Assembly (NCBI GenBank): GCA_965223005.1
Contig: CBDCVK010000010.1
Coordinates: forward strand, 768,001 to 832,000
Source: Terriglobia bacterium
Lineage (GTDB): Bacteria; Acidobacteriota; Terriglobia; JAJPHL01; JAPKYU01
Length of the DNA: 64,000 nt
Reading direction: 5' to 3'
Shown: positions 1 to 10,393 of the stretch, piece after piece
How the letters are laid out: each line of letters starts with the position of its first letter
Position numbering within the stretch: the stretch's first letter is position 1
Position numbers and translations under genes: made by a program
The notes under the pieces: generated by a model
What the model saw: only the letters and a program-made list of their open reading frames with translations
What the model was told of the DNA's origin: nothing
Database searches by the model: none

Positions 1-1455
1 CGCGATGCGCTTCTGCTTGGCCAGAAACTCGCGGTAGTGCGGCTCGCTCACCAGCCCGGCGCGGTAGCCCAGCGGGGTCAAGCGGTAGTCGGCGTTGTCA
101 ATCCGCAGGTGCAGGCGAAACTCGGCCCGCGAGGTGAACATGCGGTAGGGCTCGTTGGTCCCTTTGGTCACCAGGTCATCAATCAGGATGCCGGTATAGC
201 CCTGCGCGCGGTCCAGCACCAGCGGCTCGCAGCCCTTCACTTTCAGTCCGGCGTTGATGCCGGCCATGATGCCCTGGCAGGCGGCTTCCTCGTAGCCAGA
301 GGTGCCGTTGATCTGGCCGGCTAGAAACAGCCCCGAGATTTTCTTGGTCTCCAGCGTCGGATAGAGTTCCGTAGGATCCACCGAGTCGTACTCGATGGCG
401 TAGCCGGGCCGGATCATTTCGGCATTCTCCAGACCCGGCACGGAGGCCACCATCGCTGACTGCACGTCAATCGGCATGCTGGTGGACATGCCGTTGACGT
501 AGATCTCATGCGTGTCCAGACCCTCGGGTTCCAGGAAAATCTGGTGGCGCTCCTTGTCGGGGAACTTCACGATCTTGTCTTCCATCGAAGGACAGTAGCG
601 GGGGCCAATCCCACGGATCTGGCCGCTGTACAGCGGCGAACGATGGATATTTGCCTGGATCACCCGGCGCGTCTCCTCGCTGGTGAAGGCAATGTAGCAG
701 GGGAGCTGCTCCCGCTCGATGGCCGACGTGCGAAACGAGAACGGCACCGGCTCCGGGTCTCCGTGCTGCGGCTGGAAGCGGCTCCAGTCAATGGAGCGGC
801 CATCGAGCCGCGGCGGCGTGCCCGTCTTCAACCGCGCCGTGCGGAATCCCAGCAACTTAAGTGCCTCGCCTAGCAACTGTGACGGGGCCTCGCCGCCGCG
901 CCCTGCCGGGTAGGTCGTTTCGCCCACATGGATCAGCCCGTTCAAGAACGTGCCTGTCGTAATGACCACGGCATCGGCGCGGAACAGGCGCCCGTCGCGG
1001 AGCCGGACGCCACGCAGCTTATTTACTACTGAGTTAGTAGATAATCTCCCGGGCTCATCGAGCACCAGGTCGGCTACCTCGGCCTGCTTAATCTTCAGGT
1101 TGGGCTCCGACTCCAGCACCTGCCGCATCTTGATCCGGTACTGCTTCTTGTCGCACTGCGCGCGCGGCGACCACACGGCCGGACCGCGGCTGGTATTGAG
1201 CAGGCGAAACTGGATGCCTACCGCATCGGTCACCTCACCCATGATGCCGCCCAGCGCGTCCACCTCGCGAACCAGGTGGCCTTTGGCAATGCCGCCCACG
1301 GCAGGGTTACACGACATCTGAGCGATCAGATCCAGGTTGATCGTGCACAGCGCCGTTTTCAGGCCCATGCGCGCGGTGGCCATGGCCGCCTCGCATCCGG
1401 CATGCCCGGCGCCAATCACCACCACGTCATAGCTTTCGCTGAACTCAGGAGGCAT
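1..1455 (-). CDS. mnmG: tRNA U34 5-carboxymethylaminomethyl modification enzyme MnmG/GidA (3' end outside window)
   Basis: Manual minus-strand translation from ATG at 1455: [24 protein letters not shown], then [34 protein letters not shown] and [14 protein letters not shown]. Absent from the ORF track because it runs off the edge. Confidence 0.97.
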   Translation of the reverse strand, partial: MPPEFSESYDVVVIGAGHAGCEAAMATARMGLKTALCTINLDLIAQMSCNPAVGGIAKGHLVREVDALGGIMGEVTDAVGIQFRLLNTSRGPAVWSPRAQCDKKQYRIKMRQVLESEPNLKIKQAEVADLVLDEPGRLSTNSVVNKLRGVRLRDGRLFRADAVVITTGTFLNGLIHVGETTYPAGRGGEAPSQLLGEALKLLGFRTARLKTGTPPRLDGRSIDWSRFQPQHGDPEPVPFSFRTSAIEREQLPCYIAFTSEETRRVIQANIHRSPLYSGQIRGIGPRYCPSMEDKIVKFPDKERHQIFLEPEGLDTHEIYVNGMSTSMPIDVQSAMVASVPGLENAEMIRPGYAIEYDSVDPTELYPTLETKKISGLFLAGQINGTSGYEEAACQGIMAGINAGLKVKGCEPLVLDRAQGYTGILIDDLVTKGTNEPYRMFTSRAEFRLHLRIDNADYRLTPLGYRAGLVSEPHYREFLAKQKRIA

Positions 1456-1610
1456 TCCGTTTATCTTATCCTGCCCGAGGAAAACACCCAACTGTTCTCA
1501 CGTCTCGGTAGTGGGTCAATTTACGGTGGGCGTTATACATCCAAGTGGCGCACCGCTGAGCGGGTGGGCGTGTGATCATTTCCGCGTGCGCCGTCATGCG
1601 AGAATGGGAT

Positions 1611-1991
1611 ATGGCCGGCGTGAGGATGGACAAGTGGCTTTGGGCCGCCCGGTTCTTTAAGACCCGGTCGCTCGCTGCACGGGCATGCGAACTCGGCAGG
1701 ATTGCGTCCAACGGACAAAAAGCCAAGGCTTCGCGCGAGGTCCGCGTCGGCGATCTCTTGCAAGTGAAGAGCGGCGCAGGCGAGTTTCAGGTGGAGGTCG
1801 TGCTTCTCAGTGAGACGCGCGGCCCGGCAGCGGTTGCGCAGACGCTCTACCGTGAGACAGAAACGAGTCGGGAGTTGCGGCTAAAGTTGACAGAGGGGCT
1901 TAAAGCAATGCCGCATTTCGAGGGGTCGCGGAAAGGCAAACCATCGAAACGCGATCGCCGTGAACTCGATCGGTTTCGGGGTAGAGGGTGA
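1611..1991 (+). CDS. hslR: S4-domain ribosome-associated heat shock protein Hsp15
   Basis: VRMDKWLWAARFFKTRSLA...GKPSKRDRR; ATG at 1611 chosen over the track start of 1572. Confidence 0.9.
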   Translation: MAGVRMDKWLWAARFFKTRSLAARACELGRIASNGQKAKASREVRVGDLLQVKSGAGEFQVEVVLLSETRGPAAVAQTLYRETETSRELRLKLTEGLKAMPHFEGSRKGKPSKRDRRELDRFRGRG

Positions 1992-2118
1992 CCACAGAAC
2001 AGAACGGCATCCGTTCGACCTACGAGTCAAGGCCACACGACCGCAGGTAGTGGTGGCTTCTTGGGAACTGACCCACTACCCCGCGCTTCGACTAGAGTGC
2101 TGACAAAGGGGAGCGTGA

Positions 2119-2146
2119 TTGACAGAAGGCACGGCCGGGAGATAAT
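2119..2146 (+). promoter_or_regulatory. sigma70-like promoter for purD-purE
   Basis: TTGACA-N16-GATAAT ending 15 nt before the purD ATG. Confidence 0.5.
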
Positions 2147-2161
2147 GGCAGCTTCCCGATC

Positions 2162-3451
2162 ATGGCGCCGATGAAGGTTCTCGTGTTGGGCTCCGGCGGT
2201 CGCGAGCATGCGTTGGTGTGGAAGCTGCGGCAAAGCCCGCTCCTCGAGCAGGTTTACTGTGTGCCCGGCAATGCCGGCATCGCGCAGGAGACGACGCTGG
2301 AGCGCGGCGACATCCTTCGTCCGGCGGAGATGGCTGAGCTGGCCCAGCGCCTGGGGGCAGACCTGACTGTGGTTGGGCCGGAAGCGCCGCTGGTGGCGGG
2401 CGTGGTGGACGAGTTTCAGGCCCGGGCCCTGCGAATCGTAGGCGCCACGCAGGCAGCCGCCCGCCTGGAAGGCAGCAAGATTTTTGCGAAACAGTTCGCC
2501 CAACGCCACAATATCCCCACGGCGGAGTCCGTGGTGTGCGAGCATCCCCAGGATGCTCGCCAGCAGCTGGCGCGTTTCGGCTTCCCCGTTGTGCTGAAGG
2601 CTGACGGCCTGGCCGCCGGAAAGGGCGTGGTGGTAGCCGCTGACTCCCGCCAGGCGGAGGTGACCCTGGAAAAAATGCTCGCCGGCGAGCTGGTCGGTGA
2701 GGCTGGCCGCCGCCTGATCCTGGAGCGCTTCCTGGCCGGTGAAGAAGTCACCTTCACGGTTGTGACCGACGGGGAAGCGGCGCTGGCGCTGGCCCCCACG
2801 CAGGACCACAAGCCGGTCTTCGACAACGACCAGGGACCCAACACGGGCGGCATGGGCGCCTACTGCGACGATGGCATCCTGTCGGAGGCGTTGCGGCAGC
2901 GGATCATGGACAAGATCGTGCAGCCGACGCTGGCCGGTATGGCCGCCGAAGGCACTCCCTACCGGGGCATCCTGTATTTCGGGCTGATGATCACCGTCGA
3001 GGGCCCACGGCTGCTGGAATACAATGCACGTTTCGGCGACCCGGAAACCCAGCCGCTGATGATGCGGCTCACGTCGGACCTGGTGCCGATGCTCCAGGCC
3101 GCTGCAGGCGGCGGCCTGGCGGCCATTCGGCCGGAGTGGTCGGATGGCGCGACCGTTTGCGTGGTGGCGGCTTCGGGCGGCTATCCGGGTGAGTTCGCGC
3201 GCGACAAACCCATCGCCGGCCTGGGCGAAGCCGAAGCGCTGCCTGGCGTAAAAGTGTTCCACGCCGGCACGCGGCTCCGTGACGGCCAGTACGTCACTGC
3301 CGGCGGGCGCGTGCTGGGTGTCACCGCCGGCGGAGGCGACCTGCGCGAGGCCATCTCCCGGGCCTATGACGCTGTCGAGAAAATTCACTTTGAAGGGATG
3401 CATTACCGCCGCGACATCGGCAGAAAGGGACTGAACAGGAAACCCACATGA
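2162..3451 (+). CDS. purD: phosphoribosylamine--glycine ligase
   Basis: KVLVLGSGGREHAL, KADGLAAGKGV, GPNTGGMGAY, EYNARFGDPETQ, YRRDIG. Confidence 0.98.
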   Translation: MAPMKVLVLGSGGREHALVWKLRQSPLLEQVYCVPGNAGIAQETTLERGDILRPAEMAELAQRLGADLTVVGPEAPLVAGVVDEFQARALRIVGATQAAARLEGSKIFAKQFAQRHNIPTAESVVCEHPQDARQQLARFGFPVVLKADGLAAGKGVVVAADSRQAEVTLEKMLAGELVGEAGRRLILERFLAGEEVTFTVVTDGEAALALAPTQDHKPVFDNDQGPNTGGMGAYCDDGILSEALRQRIMDKIVQPTLAGMAAEGTPYRGILYFGLMITVEGPRLLEYNARFGDPETQPLMMRLTSDLVPMLQAAAGGGLAAIRPEWSDGATVCVVAASGGYPGEFARDKPIAGLGEAEALPGVKVFHAGTRLRDGQYVTAGGRVLGVTAGGGDLREAISRAYDAVEKIHFEGMHYRRDIGRKGLNRKPT

Positions 3452-3978
3452 GCAACCCCAAAGCAAGCTCCAGGCCCCGGCCCCTCGTGGGGATCGTGAT
3501 GGGCAGTGATTCGGACCTGCCGCTGATGACGGAAACCGCCCGAACATTGAAGGAGTTCGGCGTTCCCTTTGAAGTGGAGATCGCCAGCGCGCACCGCTCG
3601 CCGGCGCGCGCATCTGAATACGCGCGTACCGCGGTGAAGCGTGGCCTGAAGGCCATCGTGGTGGGTGCCGGCGGCGCGTTTCACCTGGGGGGAGCCATTG
3701 CTGCGGAGACCACCCTGCCGGTGATCGCCGTTCCCATCGCCAACACGGCGCTGTCGGGCATGGACTCGCTGCTGGCCGCGGTGCAGATGCCGGGCGGGGT
3801 GCCGGTGGGGGTGATGGCTGTGGGAAAGGCCGGCGCGGTGAACGCCGCCATCTACGCGGCCGAGATCATCGCCACCGCGGACGGCAAGTTGGCCGAGCGC
3901 CTGCGCCAGCACAAGCAGCGGCTAGCCCGCACCGTCGCCGAAAAGTCCGCGAAGGTGAAGAAGGAGTTCTCCATCTAG
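3448..3978 (+). CDS. purE: N5-CAIR mutase
   Basis: VGIVMGSDSDL, IASAHRSP, QMPGGVPV; ATGA overlap with purD. Confidence 0.97.
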   Translation: MSNPKASSRPRPLVGIVMGSDSDLPLMTETARTLKEFGVPFEVEIASAHRSPARASEYARTAVKRGLKAIVVGAGGAFHLGGAIAAETTLPVIAVPIANTALSGMDSLLAAVQMPGGVPVGVMAVGKAGAVNAAIYAAEIIATADGKLAERLRQHKQRLARTVAEKSAKVKKEFSI

Positions 3979-4016
3979 GGTCTCAGTGTGCCCTGCAGTA
4001 AGTTTCTTGATCAGCC

Positions 4017-5333
4017 CTATCCGGCCGAAGCCGTCGTGCCGGAAGCGGTCGTAATCGTTTCCAGGCCGTGGGCGTGGGGGCCGGTCTCCCTACGCCGCAA
4101 CAGCCAGGAGAACAAGACGCCGCAAACACCCAGGACGGAGAAAATCCACATCCCTAGGGCATAGCCGCCGGGGTTGGCGGCGCTGGCGCTCCCATAGTCG
4201 TTCGCCCATCCGACCAGCAGGTTGAATCCCGCCAGGCCGATGTTCTGGATCATGGTCATCAGCCCGTAGGCGGTGCCCAACCGGCGCTGATCCACGATGT
4301 AGGCCACCGAAGGCCACATCACCGCCGGGATCAGCGAGAAGGCTACGCCCATCATTGCCATCGGGACGTAGAGCGACAGGCCCGTGTAGGCCATGATCAG
4401 GTATACCGGGATGAGCAACATCGAACCAAACATCATGAACAGCGAGCGCTTGCCCACCCGGTCCACCAGCAGGCCGAATAGAGGCGTAACACAGATAGCG
4501 TAAAGAATCAGCCTGCTGGCAATGAAGCCCCCGGTCCCGCGCGAGGTTCCGTGCGCCTCGATGAAAAATTTTATCGCGAAGGTCTGGAAGGGAAAGATCG
4601 CCGAATAGAAGGTGACGCAGAGGGCCACAATGTACCAGTAGGATTTGCTGAACTTAAAGATGTCGCGCCACACCACCTTGTCGGTGGCCCCGGCCTGCCC
4701 CAGCTCGTAGGTCTTCTCCGCACGGCTCTCCAGGAGCCAATAAATGACGGCGCCGGCCACACAAAAGCCGCTGAAGCCTACGGCGACAAGCAAGGGCCCT
4801 TGCCAGTGCTCGTAATAGCGGCCCGCCCAGGTGGGTGAATTCAAAGCGACAAAGGAACCCAGCCGCGCAAGGCTGAGGTTCAGGCCGAAGGCAAAACCCA
4901 GTTCCCTGCCGCGGAACCATCTGGCCAGAGCCGTTGTGACCGAGACGATCAACGACTCTGCGCCGATGCCAAACACCAGTCGTCCGGCAGCCATCATGGC
5001 CAGTTGCTCGGTGGCGGCTGTCAGCGCCGCCCCCAGCAGGCAGAGCACGCCAAAGATGAACGTGGCCTTCCTGGTACCGATGCGGTCAATCAGGAATCCG
5101 CCGAGCAGCACCATGAAGACATTGGGAATGCTGTAGATGGCGTTGAGCAGGCCGATGTTGAAATCGGAAAAGCCCAACTGCTGTTTCAGAACGTCGGCCA
5201 GCGGGCTGATGCTGTCATAGACGTAGTAGTTCCCCGCCATGGCGAGGCTGAGGAAGACCAGCACGGCCCAGCGATACAACCAGGGGGGCTGCGAACGCTC
5301 AGCGGTTAGCGTGTGCGACTGTGTCTCGCCCAT
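4017..5333 (-). CDS. MFS transporter (MFSD1-like)
   Basis: About 12 hydrophobic segments; MFS motif A GFLIDRIGTR and GLLVDRVGKR. Confidence 0.88.
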   Translation of the reverse strand: MGETQSHTLTAERSQPPWLYRWAVLVFLSLAMAGNYYVYDSISPLADVLKQQLGFSDFNIGLLNAIYSIPNVFMVLLGGFLIDRIGTRKATFIFGVLCLLGAALTAATEQLAMMAAGRLVFGIGAESLIVSVTTALARWFRGRELGFAFGLNLSLARLGSFVALNSPTWAGRYYEHWQGPLLVAVGFSGFCVAGAVIYWLLESRAEKTYELGQAGATDKVVWRDIFKFSKSYWYIVALCVTFYSAIFPFQTFAIKFFIEAHGTSRGTGGFIASRLILYAICVTPLFGLLVDRVGKRSLFMMFGSMLLIPVYLIMAYTGLSLYVPMAMMGVAFSLIPAVMWPSVAYIVDQRRLGTAYGLMTMIQNIGLAGFNLLVGWANDYGSASAANPGGYALGMWIFSVLGVCGVLFSWLLRRRETGPHAHGLETITTASGTTASAG

Positions 5334-5404
5334 GGGGACTCACCTGCCGGCCCACACACCATACCAGATGGGGCGCAAGAGGGGAGCGCCACGGGACGAT
5401 CCGA

Positions 5405-6067
5405 TCACTTCCACCAGGAGATACCGGCGTGGAAGACGATCGCGTTGACGCCGGGGTTTCGTTGGGCGATCCCGGCGTTCGACGTGTGGTGGTAGCGTAC
5501 GCCCAGGATCCAGGCCGGTCCGGATGCGGTCACGAACTGGAGCCCTACTCCGGCCTGCGGAGTAAAGTTGAAGCGCGAGGTGCCCTCCGGCACCTGCTCG
5601 GTGGTCGCCAGGATTCCGGCGCCCGCCTCCAGGAACGGCACAAGCTTTCGACTGCGGGTGAAGTGGTAGCGGAGCAGGAAGGGGGTGACGCCCGCGCCGT
5701 AGACGGTCTCGGACTGGAAATGCAGGTAAAGCGGCATAGCCTCGACGGCGTACTGGAGATGGCCCCGCGCCCAGGAGTCGCCGCTGTCAGCAGTGATCTG
5801 GCGCCCCCAGCGCCCGGCCACAAACCAAAAGCCTCGGTCGCGCACACCACCCACAATCGCCGGGCCGCCGCCGGAGAAAATCCCCCACTCGGTGGCGCCA
5901 CGACGCCAGCGGGCATCGCCTGCGCCGGAGCGGGCGTCCTCCAGTTGCTGCGTGGTGCCCGCGGCCACCTGGCTGGCTTGCTGGGGAAAACCCTGTGCCA
6001 AAGCCGAGCCACAGGAGCTCACCACCAACAGCCAGATCACCGCCCAGCGTGCGCCAACCAGATGCAT
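5405..6067 (-). CDS. PagL-like lipid A 3-O-deacylase / acyloxyacyl hydrolase outer-membrane beta-barrel
   Basis: Signal peptide; FNFTPQAGVG and RYHHTSNAGIAQRNPGVN (H-x-S-N-A motif); aromatic C-terminus. Confidence 0.85.
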   Translation of the reverse strand: MHLVGARWAVIWLLVVSSCGSALAQGFPQQASQVAAGTTQQLEDARSGAGDARWRRGATEWGIFSGGGPAIVGGVRDRGFWFVAGRWGRQITADSGDSWARGHLQYAVEAMPLYLHFQSETVYGAGVTPFLLRYHFTRSRKLVPFLEAGAGILATTEQVPEGTSRFNFTPQAGVGLQFVTASGPAWILGVRYHHTSNAGIAQRNPGVNAIVFHAGISWWK

Positions 6068-6243
6068 GGTCTCTCGCCGCGTCCTTCTATCTCAAGGTCC
6101 AGGCTAGTGGCAAGGAAATCCTTCCGTCTGCCGATGAAAGTCTGCGGCGGCCCCATAGGAGAGGGTCACTACAAATGTAGGAATTATATAAGTGACAGAA
6201 GTGTTTTCAGTCCCGTAAGAGTTCGGAGTGCCAAGGTCGCGGC

Positions 6244-7429
6244 CTAGGGTGTTTTGGCCTGCGCGGTGTTCGAGTACGGCGAATCGCCGTCGGCGTTGCT
6301 CGTCGCCTTCACTCGGTATCGGTACGTCGTCCTGCCTGCAACGCTAGTATCGGCGTAGGTGGTGCCGTTTTCAGATGCATACTGGGCGAAATTGCAGGTC
6401 TTATTCTTTCCCTTCCCAACGATCGTGCAGCGATCAATGATGAAGCTGTCTTCATTGGTGGAATTGTCCTGCCAGGCCAGACGTACTTCTTGGACTATCT
6501 TGTTCTTGCCTTTGCCTGAACTTCTTACGGTGGCCGTCAAATTACTCGGGGCCGCCGGCGGGCCTGGCGGCGGGGGCGGCGCGCCTTCCTGCGGCGTAAA
6601 CTTTACCCAGTCCACGTGGAAGTAACGGTCTACTCCGACGGTTGCCCCACCCCCAAACCCATTCGGGTTATTCGTTCCCCAGTGGTTGATCATGAAGTGT
6701 GCGGGGGCGCTCGGCACATTCGTTGTGTGGGTCGCTTTCACGCCTCCGTCCACGTAGAAGGTTATCTTCCCCTCCTCCCAAACGAACTTGTAGTCGTGAA
6801 AGTCACTGTTGGCACCGGGGACCGTCGGCTTAGAGAAAGTGGACTCCGTGCTCCCAGGATCAGTAGACGTGTCCTGATTGTGCCAGTTTCCCATGTAAAT
6901 TCTTTCGTCGTTTGAAGAGTCCGCGTCGTGTAAAACATGGCCCGAATATTCAAAGTCGATTTCTGTTTCCGAGTTATTTACATAGATGAAACCGGCAGAG
7001 ACACCCCCTGGTGTGGGAGAGTCTGGTGGATCAAACGGACCGGCCGCCTTGGAAGACATCTTCAGTCTCCACTCATAGGTGCCGTAACCGTACTTCTCCT
7101 GGGTGAAGATTAGGGCACCCCAGGAAATCACCTCGTCTCCGTTACCCTCCACTTGGGTCAGACGCAGGCTAAGGGCTCCCTGATTAAGCGTTACGTTATC
7201 CTTTATCGTAGTACCCAACGTGCTTGTTGGCTAGGTATCCCGGGGCCCCAAATTTCGGCTGGCCCTGTCTGTCCTTGTCCTCGACAGTCCAACGACTATC
7301 GAGCTCAATCCCCTCGAAGTAGTCTTCCCAGCCCTGGGCGGCTGCGGTACCGGCGCCTAAGGAGAGGACTGCCATCGCTACCATTACTGGGATTGCAAGC
7401 AACGCCAGCCGCTTTATCTGCCTTGCCAT
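6244..7429 (-). pseudogene. secreted GH16 glycoside hydrolase + FN3 domain, split by a +1 frameshift near 7203 (real or assembly error)
   Basis: Signal peptide MARQIKRLALL... in one frame; EIDFE catalytic motif, FHDYKFVW, Pro linker and FN3 (APSNLTA...LAWQDNS...YRYRVKA) in the other. Removing one A from GATAAAGGATAAC joins them as YYDKDNVTL. Confidence 0.8.
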
Positions 7430-7673
7430 GAGTAATTTCCCCTTCTTGACGCAGCCGAACGACCACCCCGCCAATCAGCCATCCGCCCGGGTCACTCGGG
7501 CTTCCAGGGGGGACCGTCGTGCGCTACGCACAACGGCATTGAGGCAGCATTGTACAACGTTCTGGTCCAGGTGGATACCGTTTTTCCGCTTGGGTAGGGG
7601 GCTAGGAAGCCCAGTACTTCCGGTCGGGGATGCCCCCAAGCTTAGCGGCCTGCTTTGTGATACTTTAGGCCCT

Positions 7674-8738
7674 ATGCGACCACTTATCAGCTTATTACTT
7701 CTACTGACCTTCCTGGCAGCCTGCCAGCCGGCCGTTGAACGGGAACCCCCTGCCGAGCCTCCCGCCGCCGCCAAGCCCCTGGAAATTCACTTTGTGGACG
7801 TGGAAGGTGGAGCGGCCACCCTGATCGTCACGCCCGCCGGGGAATCGCTGCTGGTGGATACCGGCAACAAACGGGAGGAGGACGGCCGGGATTCCAAACG
7901 CATGTACCAGGCGGCGCAACAGGCAGGGTCGAAGCGAATCGACCACCTGCTAACCAGCCACTTCCACGGTGACCACTACGGAGGAGTGGCCGAGCTCAGC
8001 GAGCTGATCCCCATCGGCAAGTTCTACGACCACGGGAAGACCGACCTCCTCGAAGACCCCAAGCTGTACGAAGCCTATACGGAGGCGGCCAAGGGCCAGA
8101 GGCAAACGCTACGTCCCGGCGACGAAATCCGGCTGAATCAGGCTGCGGGCGCGGCGCGGATCGGGCTGCTGGTGGTAGCCTCGGGTGGCGACGTGATCCA
8201 GCTCAAGACTGCCAAGGAAAACCCTGAGTGCAAACACGCCAAGCCCAAGCCCAAGGACACCAGCGACAACGCGCGCAGTCTGGGCTTTGTGCTCACTTTA
8301 GGCAAATTCCGCTTCCTGGACCTGGGCGATCTGACCTGGAACATCGAGCACAAGCTGGCCTGCCCGGTGGACGTGATCGGCCGGGTGGATCTTTACCAGG
8401 TAACGCATCACGGGCTGGACAGCAGCAGCAACCCGGTGTTACTGCGCAGCATAAAGCCTCAGGTTGCGGTGGCAAATAATGGTCCTCACAAGGGCATCTT
8501 CCCCGAGGTAATGGAAACGTTGCGCGCGCTCCCCAGCCTGGAGGACATCTACCAGGGGCATCGGAACCTGGACTACGGCGACAAGGGAAACACGGCGCCG
8601 GAGTTGATCGCCAATTTGGGCACTGAGGAGGATTGCCAGGGGCACGTGATCAAGGTCGCAGTGGCCCCCGACGGAACAAGTTATACCGTCACCAACGGCC
8701 GCACCGGCCAGTCCCGCACCTACAAAACCCGCGGCTGA
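7674..8738 (+). CDS. ComEC/Rec2-like metallo-beta-lactamase-fold lipoprotein
   Basis: Lipobox LAAC; FVDVEGGAATLI, SHFHGDHYGG, DLGDL, VTHHG; ATG at 7674. Confidence 0.85.
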   Translation: MRPLISLLLLLTFLAACQPAVEREPPAEPPAAAKPLEIHFVDVEGGAATLIVTPAGESLLVDTGNKREEDGRDSKRMYQAAQQAGSKRIDHLLTSHFHGDHYGGVAELSELIPIGKFYDHGKTDLLEDPKLYEAYTEAAKGQRQTLRPGDEIRLNQAAGAARIGLLVVASGGDVIQLKTAKENPECKHAKPKPKDTSDNARSLGFVLTLGKFRFLDLGDLTWNIEHKLACPVDVIGRVDLYQVTHHGLDSSSNPVLLRSIKPQVAVANNGPHKGIFPEVMETLRALPSLEDIYQGHRNLDYGDKGNTAPELIANLGTEEDCQGHVIKVAVAPDGTSYTVTNGRTGQSRTYKTRG

Positions 8739-8823
8739 GCCAGAAGGCCAATTAGTTGACCGTGAGGAGCGGCAGCCAAACGATTAGCGGATGGCTGGGG
8801 ACTCTCCCCGAGATGTTTTTTTC

Positions 8824-9870
8824 TCAGGGTTGCTTGTCACGGCGTGGTGCAGGTCGGGACCGGCGCGAGGCGTTGGCCTTACGGCGGTACTCGGCGACCG
8901 CACGGGAGTGGTCGCGCAGGTTGGTGGAGAAGACGTGGCCGCTCTCGGCGTTGCTGACGAAGTACATGTAGTCGGTCGCAGCCGGCGCCATGGCCGCCTC
9001 CAGCGCCGCCCGCCCCGGATTGGCAATCGGCCCCGGTGGCAGCCCGCGTCGCCGGTACGTGTTGTAAGGCGAATTGAACTTTAGGTCGCTCTGGAAAATC
9101 GCGCCGCGGTAGCGCCCGGCCACCAGCGCCGCATAGACCACCGTCGGATCGCACTGCAACGGGAGGCCAGCTTTCAAACGGTTGTAGAAGACGCCGGCCA
9201 CCAGCCGGCGCTCCCCCGGCACCCCAGTTTCCTTCTCCACCAGCGAAGCCAGGATGACGACCTCCTGCACGGGGCGGTCGGGAGAGTGCCTGCTCTCCAG
9301 TTCCCCGTACACCTTGCGGAACCGAGCCACCATCCTTTTCACCATCTCTGCGGCTGAGGTGTGCCGGGTGAAGTAATAGGTGTCCGGGAACAGGTAGCCT
9401 TCCAGGTTCTCCGCCGATGGGTCCAAATCGCCAATCAGCGCGCTGTTCCGGAGAACCCCCCGGATTTGCTCTCGAGAAACCAGACCGCTGGCGGAAACCG
9501 CCTCGGCCACCTCGAAGATGTTGTGCCCTTCCGGAATGGTAATACTGTGCTGGTAGACGTCACCGCGGCTGAGTTTCCTCAGTACCTCCCATGGGCTGAG
9601 TGCACGGTCGAAGTGGTACTCCCCCGCCTTCAGGGTTTGCCAGGGCCCGAGGTAGTAAGACAGCAGGAAAGGCCATTCACGGCGGAGCACCCCGGCCCCG
9701 CGCAAGCGCACGGCGATGGCCAGGGATGAAGTGCCGGGCGCCACATCCACTACGGCTGGCTGCTCCCAACCCCGGAAGGGGCGCGTGACGTAATAGGCAG
9801 CCAGGGCGAACGCGCTGGCCCCCGCCAGCGCGACGACGCCCAGCAGCAGAATAAGGGGTCGCCGTGTCAC
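8824..9870 (-). CDS. mltG: endolytic murein transglycosylase MltG
   Basis: LEGYLFPDTY, LASLVEKET, SPYNTY...GLPPGPIANPG; GTG start at 9870 overlaps the ruvX stop (GTGA). Confidence 0.95.
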   Translation of the reverse strand: MTRRPLILLLGVVALAGASAFALAAYYVTRPFRGWEQPAVVDVAPGTSSLAIAVRLRGAGVLRREWPFLLSYYLGPWQTLKAGEYHFDRALSPWEVLRKLSRGDVYQHSITIPEGHNIFEVAEAVSASGLVSREQIRGVLRNSALIGDLDPSAENLEGYLFPDTYYFTRHTSAAEMVKRMVARFRKVYGELESRHSPDRPVQEVVILASLVEKETGVPGERRLVAGVFYNRLKAGLPLQCDPTVVYAALVAGRYRGAIFQSDLKFNSPYNTYRRRGLPPGPIANPGRAALEAAMAPAATDYMYFVSNAESGHVFSTNLRDHSRAVAEYRRKANASRRSRPAPRRDKQP

Positions 9871-10337
9871 GCCCCGAAAGACGCGCTCTGCTCTGGGAAA
9901 CAATTTGCCATCCTCTGCTGATCCAGATAGCTTTGCAGCAGCAGCACGGCCGCCATCCGGTCAATGGCGGCCGATTGCTTCGCCCGGCCAATCCCGCTTT
10001 GCTGGAGGACGCGCTGGGCTTCGGCGGTGGTCAGGCGTTCATCCCAAAGCAAGACCCGGCAGCTCAGGTGCCGCCGCAGGTCCTCGGCGAAGGCAGCCGC
10101 CTTCTCCGCCTGCGTCCCGGCTCTCCCGCTCAGATGCACCGGATGCCCCACCAGCAGCAGCACGGCCTGGTGCTGCTCGGCCAGCTGCCGTAGGGCCTCC
10201 AGATCGGCACGCTTGTTCTTGCGCTCCAGCGTGGGTAGGCCCTGCGCGGTTAGTCCCAGCGGATCGGAGACGGCCAGCCCGATGCGCCGCTGGCCCAGAT
10301 CGAGCGCGAGTACACGGCCATGAGGTTTGCGCTCCAC
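9867..10337 (-). CDS. ruvX: YqgF/RuvX pre-16S rRNA nuclease
   Basis: LALDLGQRRIGLAVSD, WDERLTT, IDRMAAVLLLQSYLD. Confidence 0.95.
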   Translation of the reverse strand: MERKPHGRVLALDLGQRRIGLAVSDPLGLTAQGLPTLERKNKRADLEALRQLAEQHQAVLLLVGHPVHLSGRAGTQAEKAAAFAEDLRRHLSCRVLLWDERLTTAEAQRVLQQSGIGRAKQSAAIDRMAAVLLLQSYLDQQRMANCFPEQSASFGA

Positions 10338-10393
10338 GGCCCCATTGTATAGGGGAATCCCCACCACTGTGATACCTTCGGCAGACCGACGCC

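Noticed and set aside
1992-2160. ZTP or purine riboswitch upstream of purD
   Set aside because: Only an 8-bp hairpin (GGTAGTGG/CCACTACC) is present, riboswitch consensus elements are not recognisable, and the apparent promoter lies downstream of it.
2027-3613. Long antisense or alternate-frame ORFs (also 21334..22545, 26145..28148, 52473..53750, 54327..55265)
   Set aside because: They shadow well-supported genes, have no motifs, and are expected in high-GC DNA.
6611-6620. parS-like core TCCACGTGGA
   Set aside because: Flanks do not match TGTT...AACA, and it lies within GH16 codons (FHVD).
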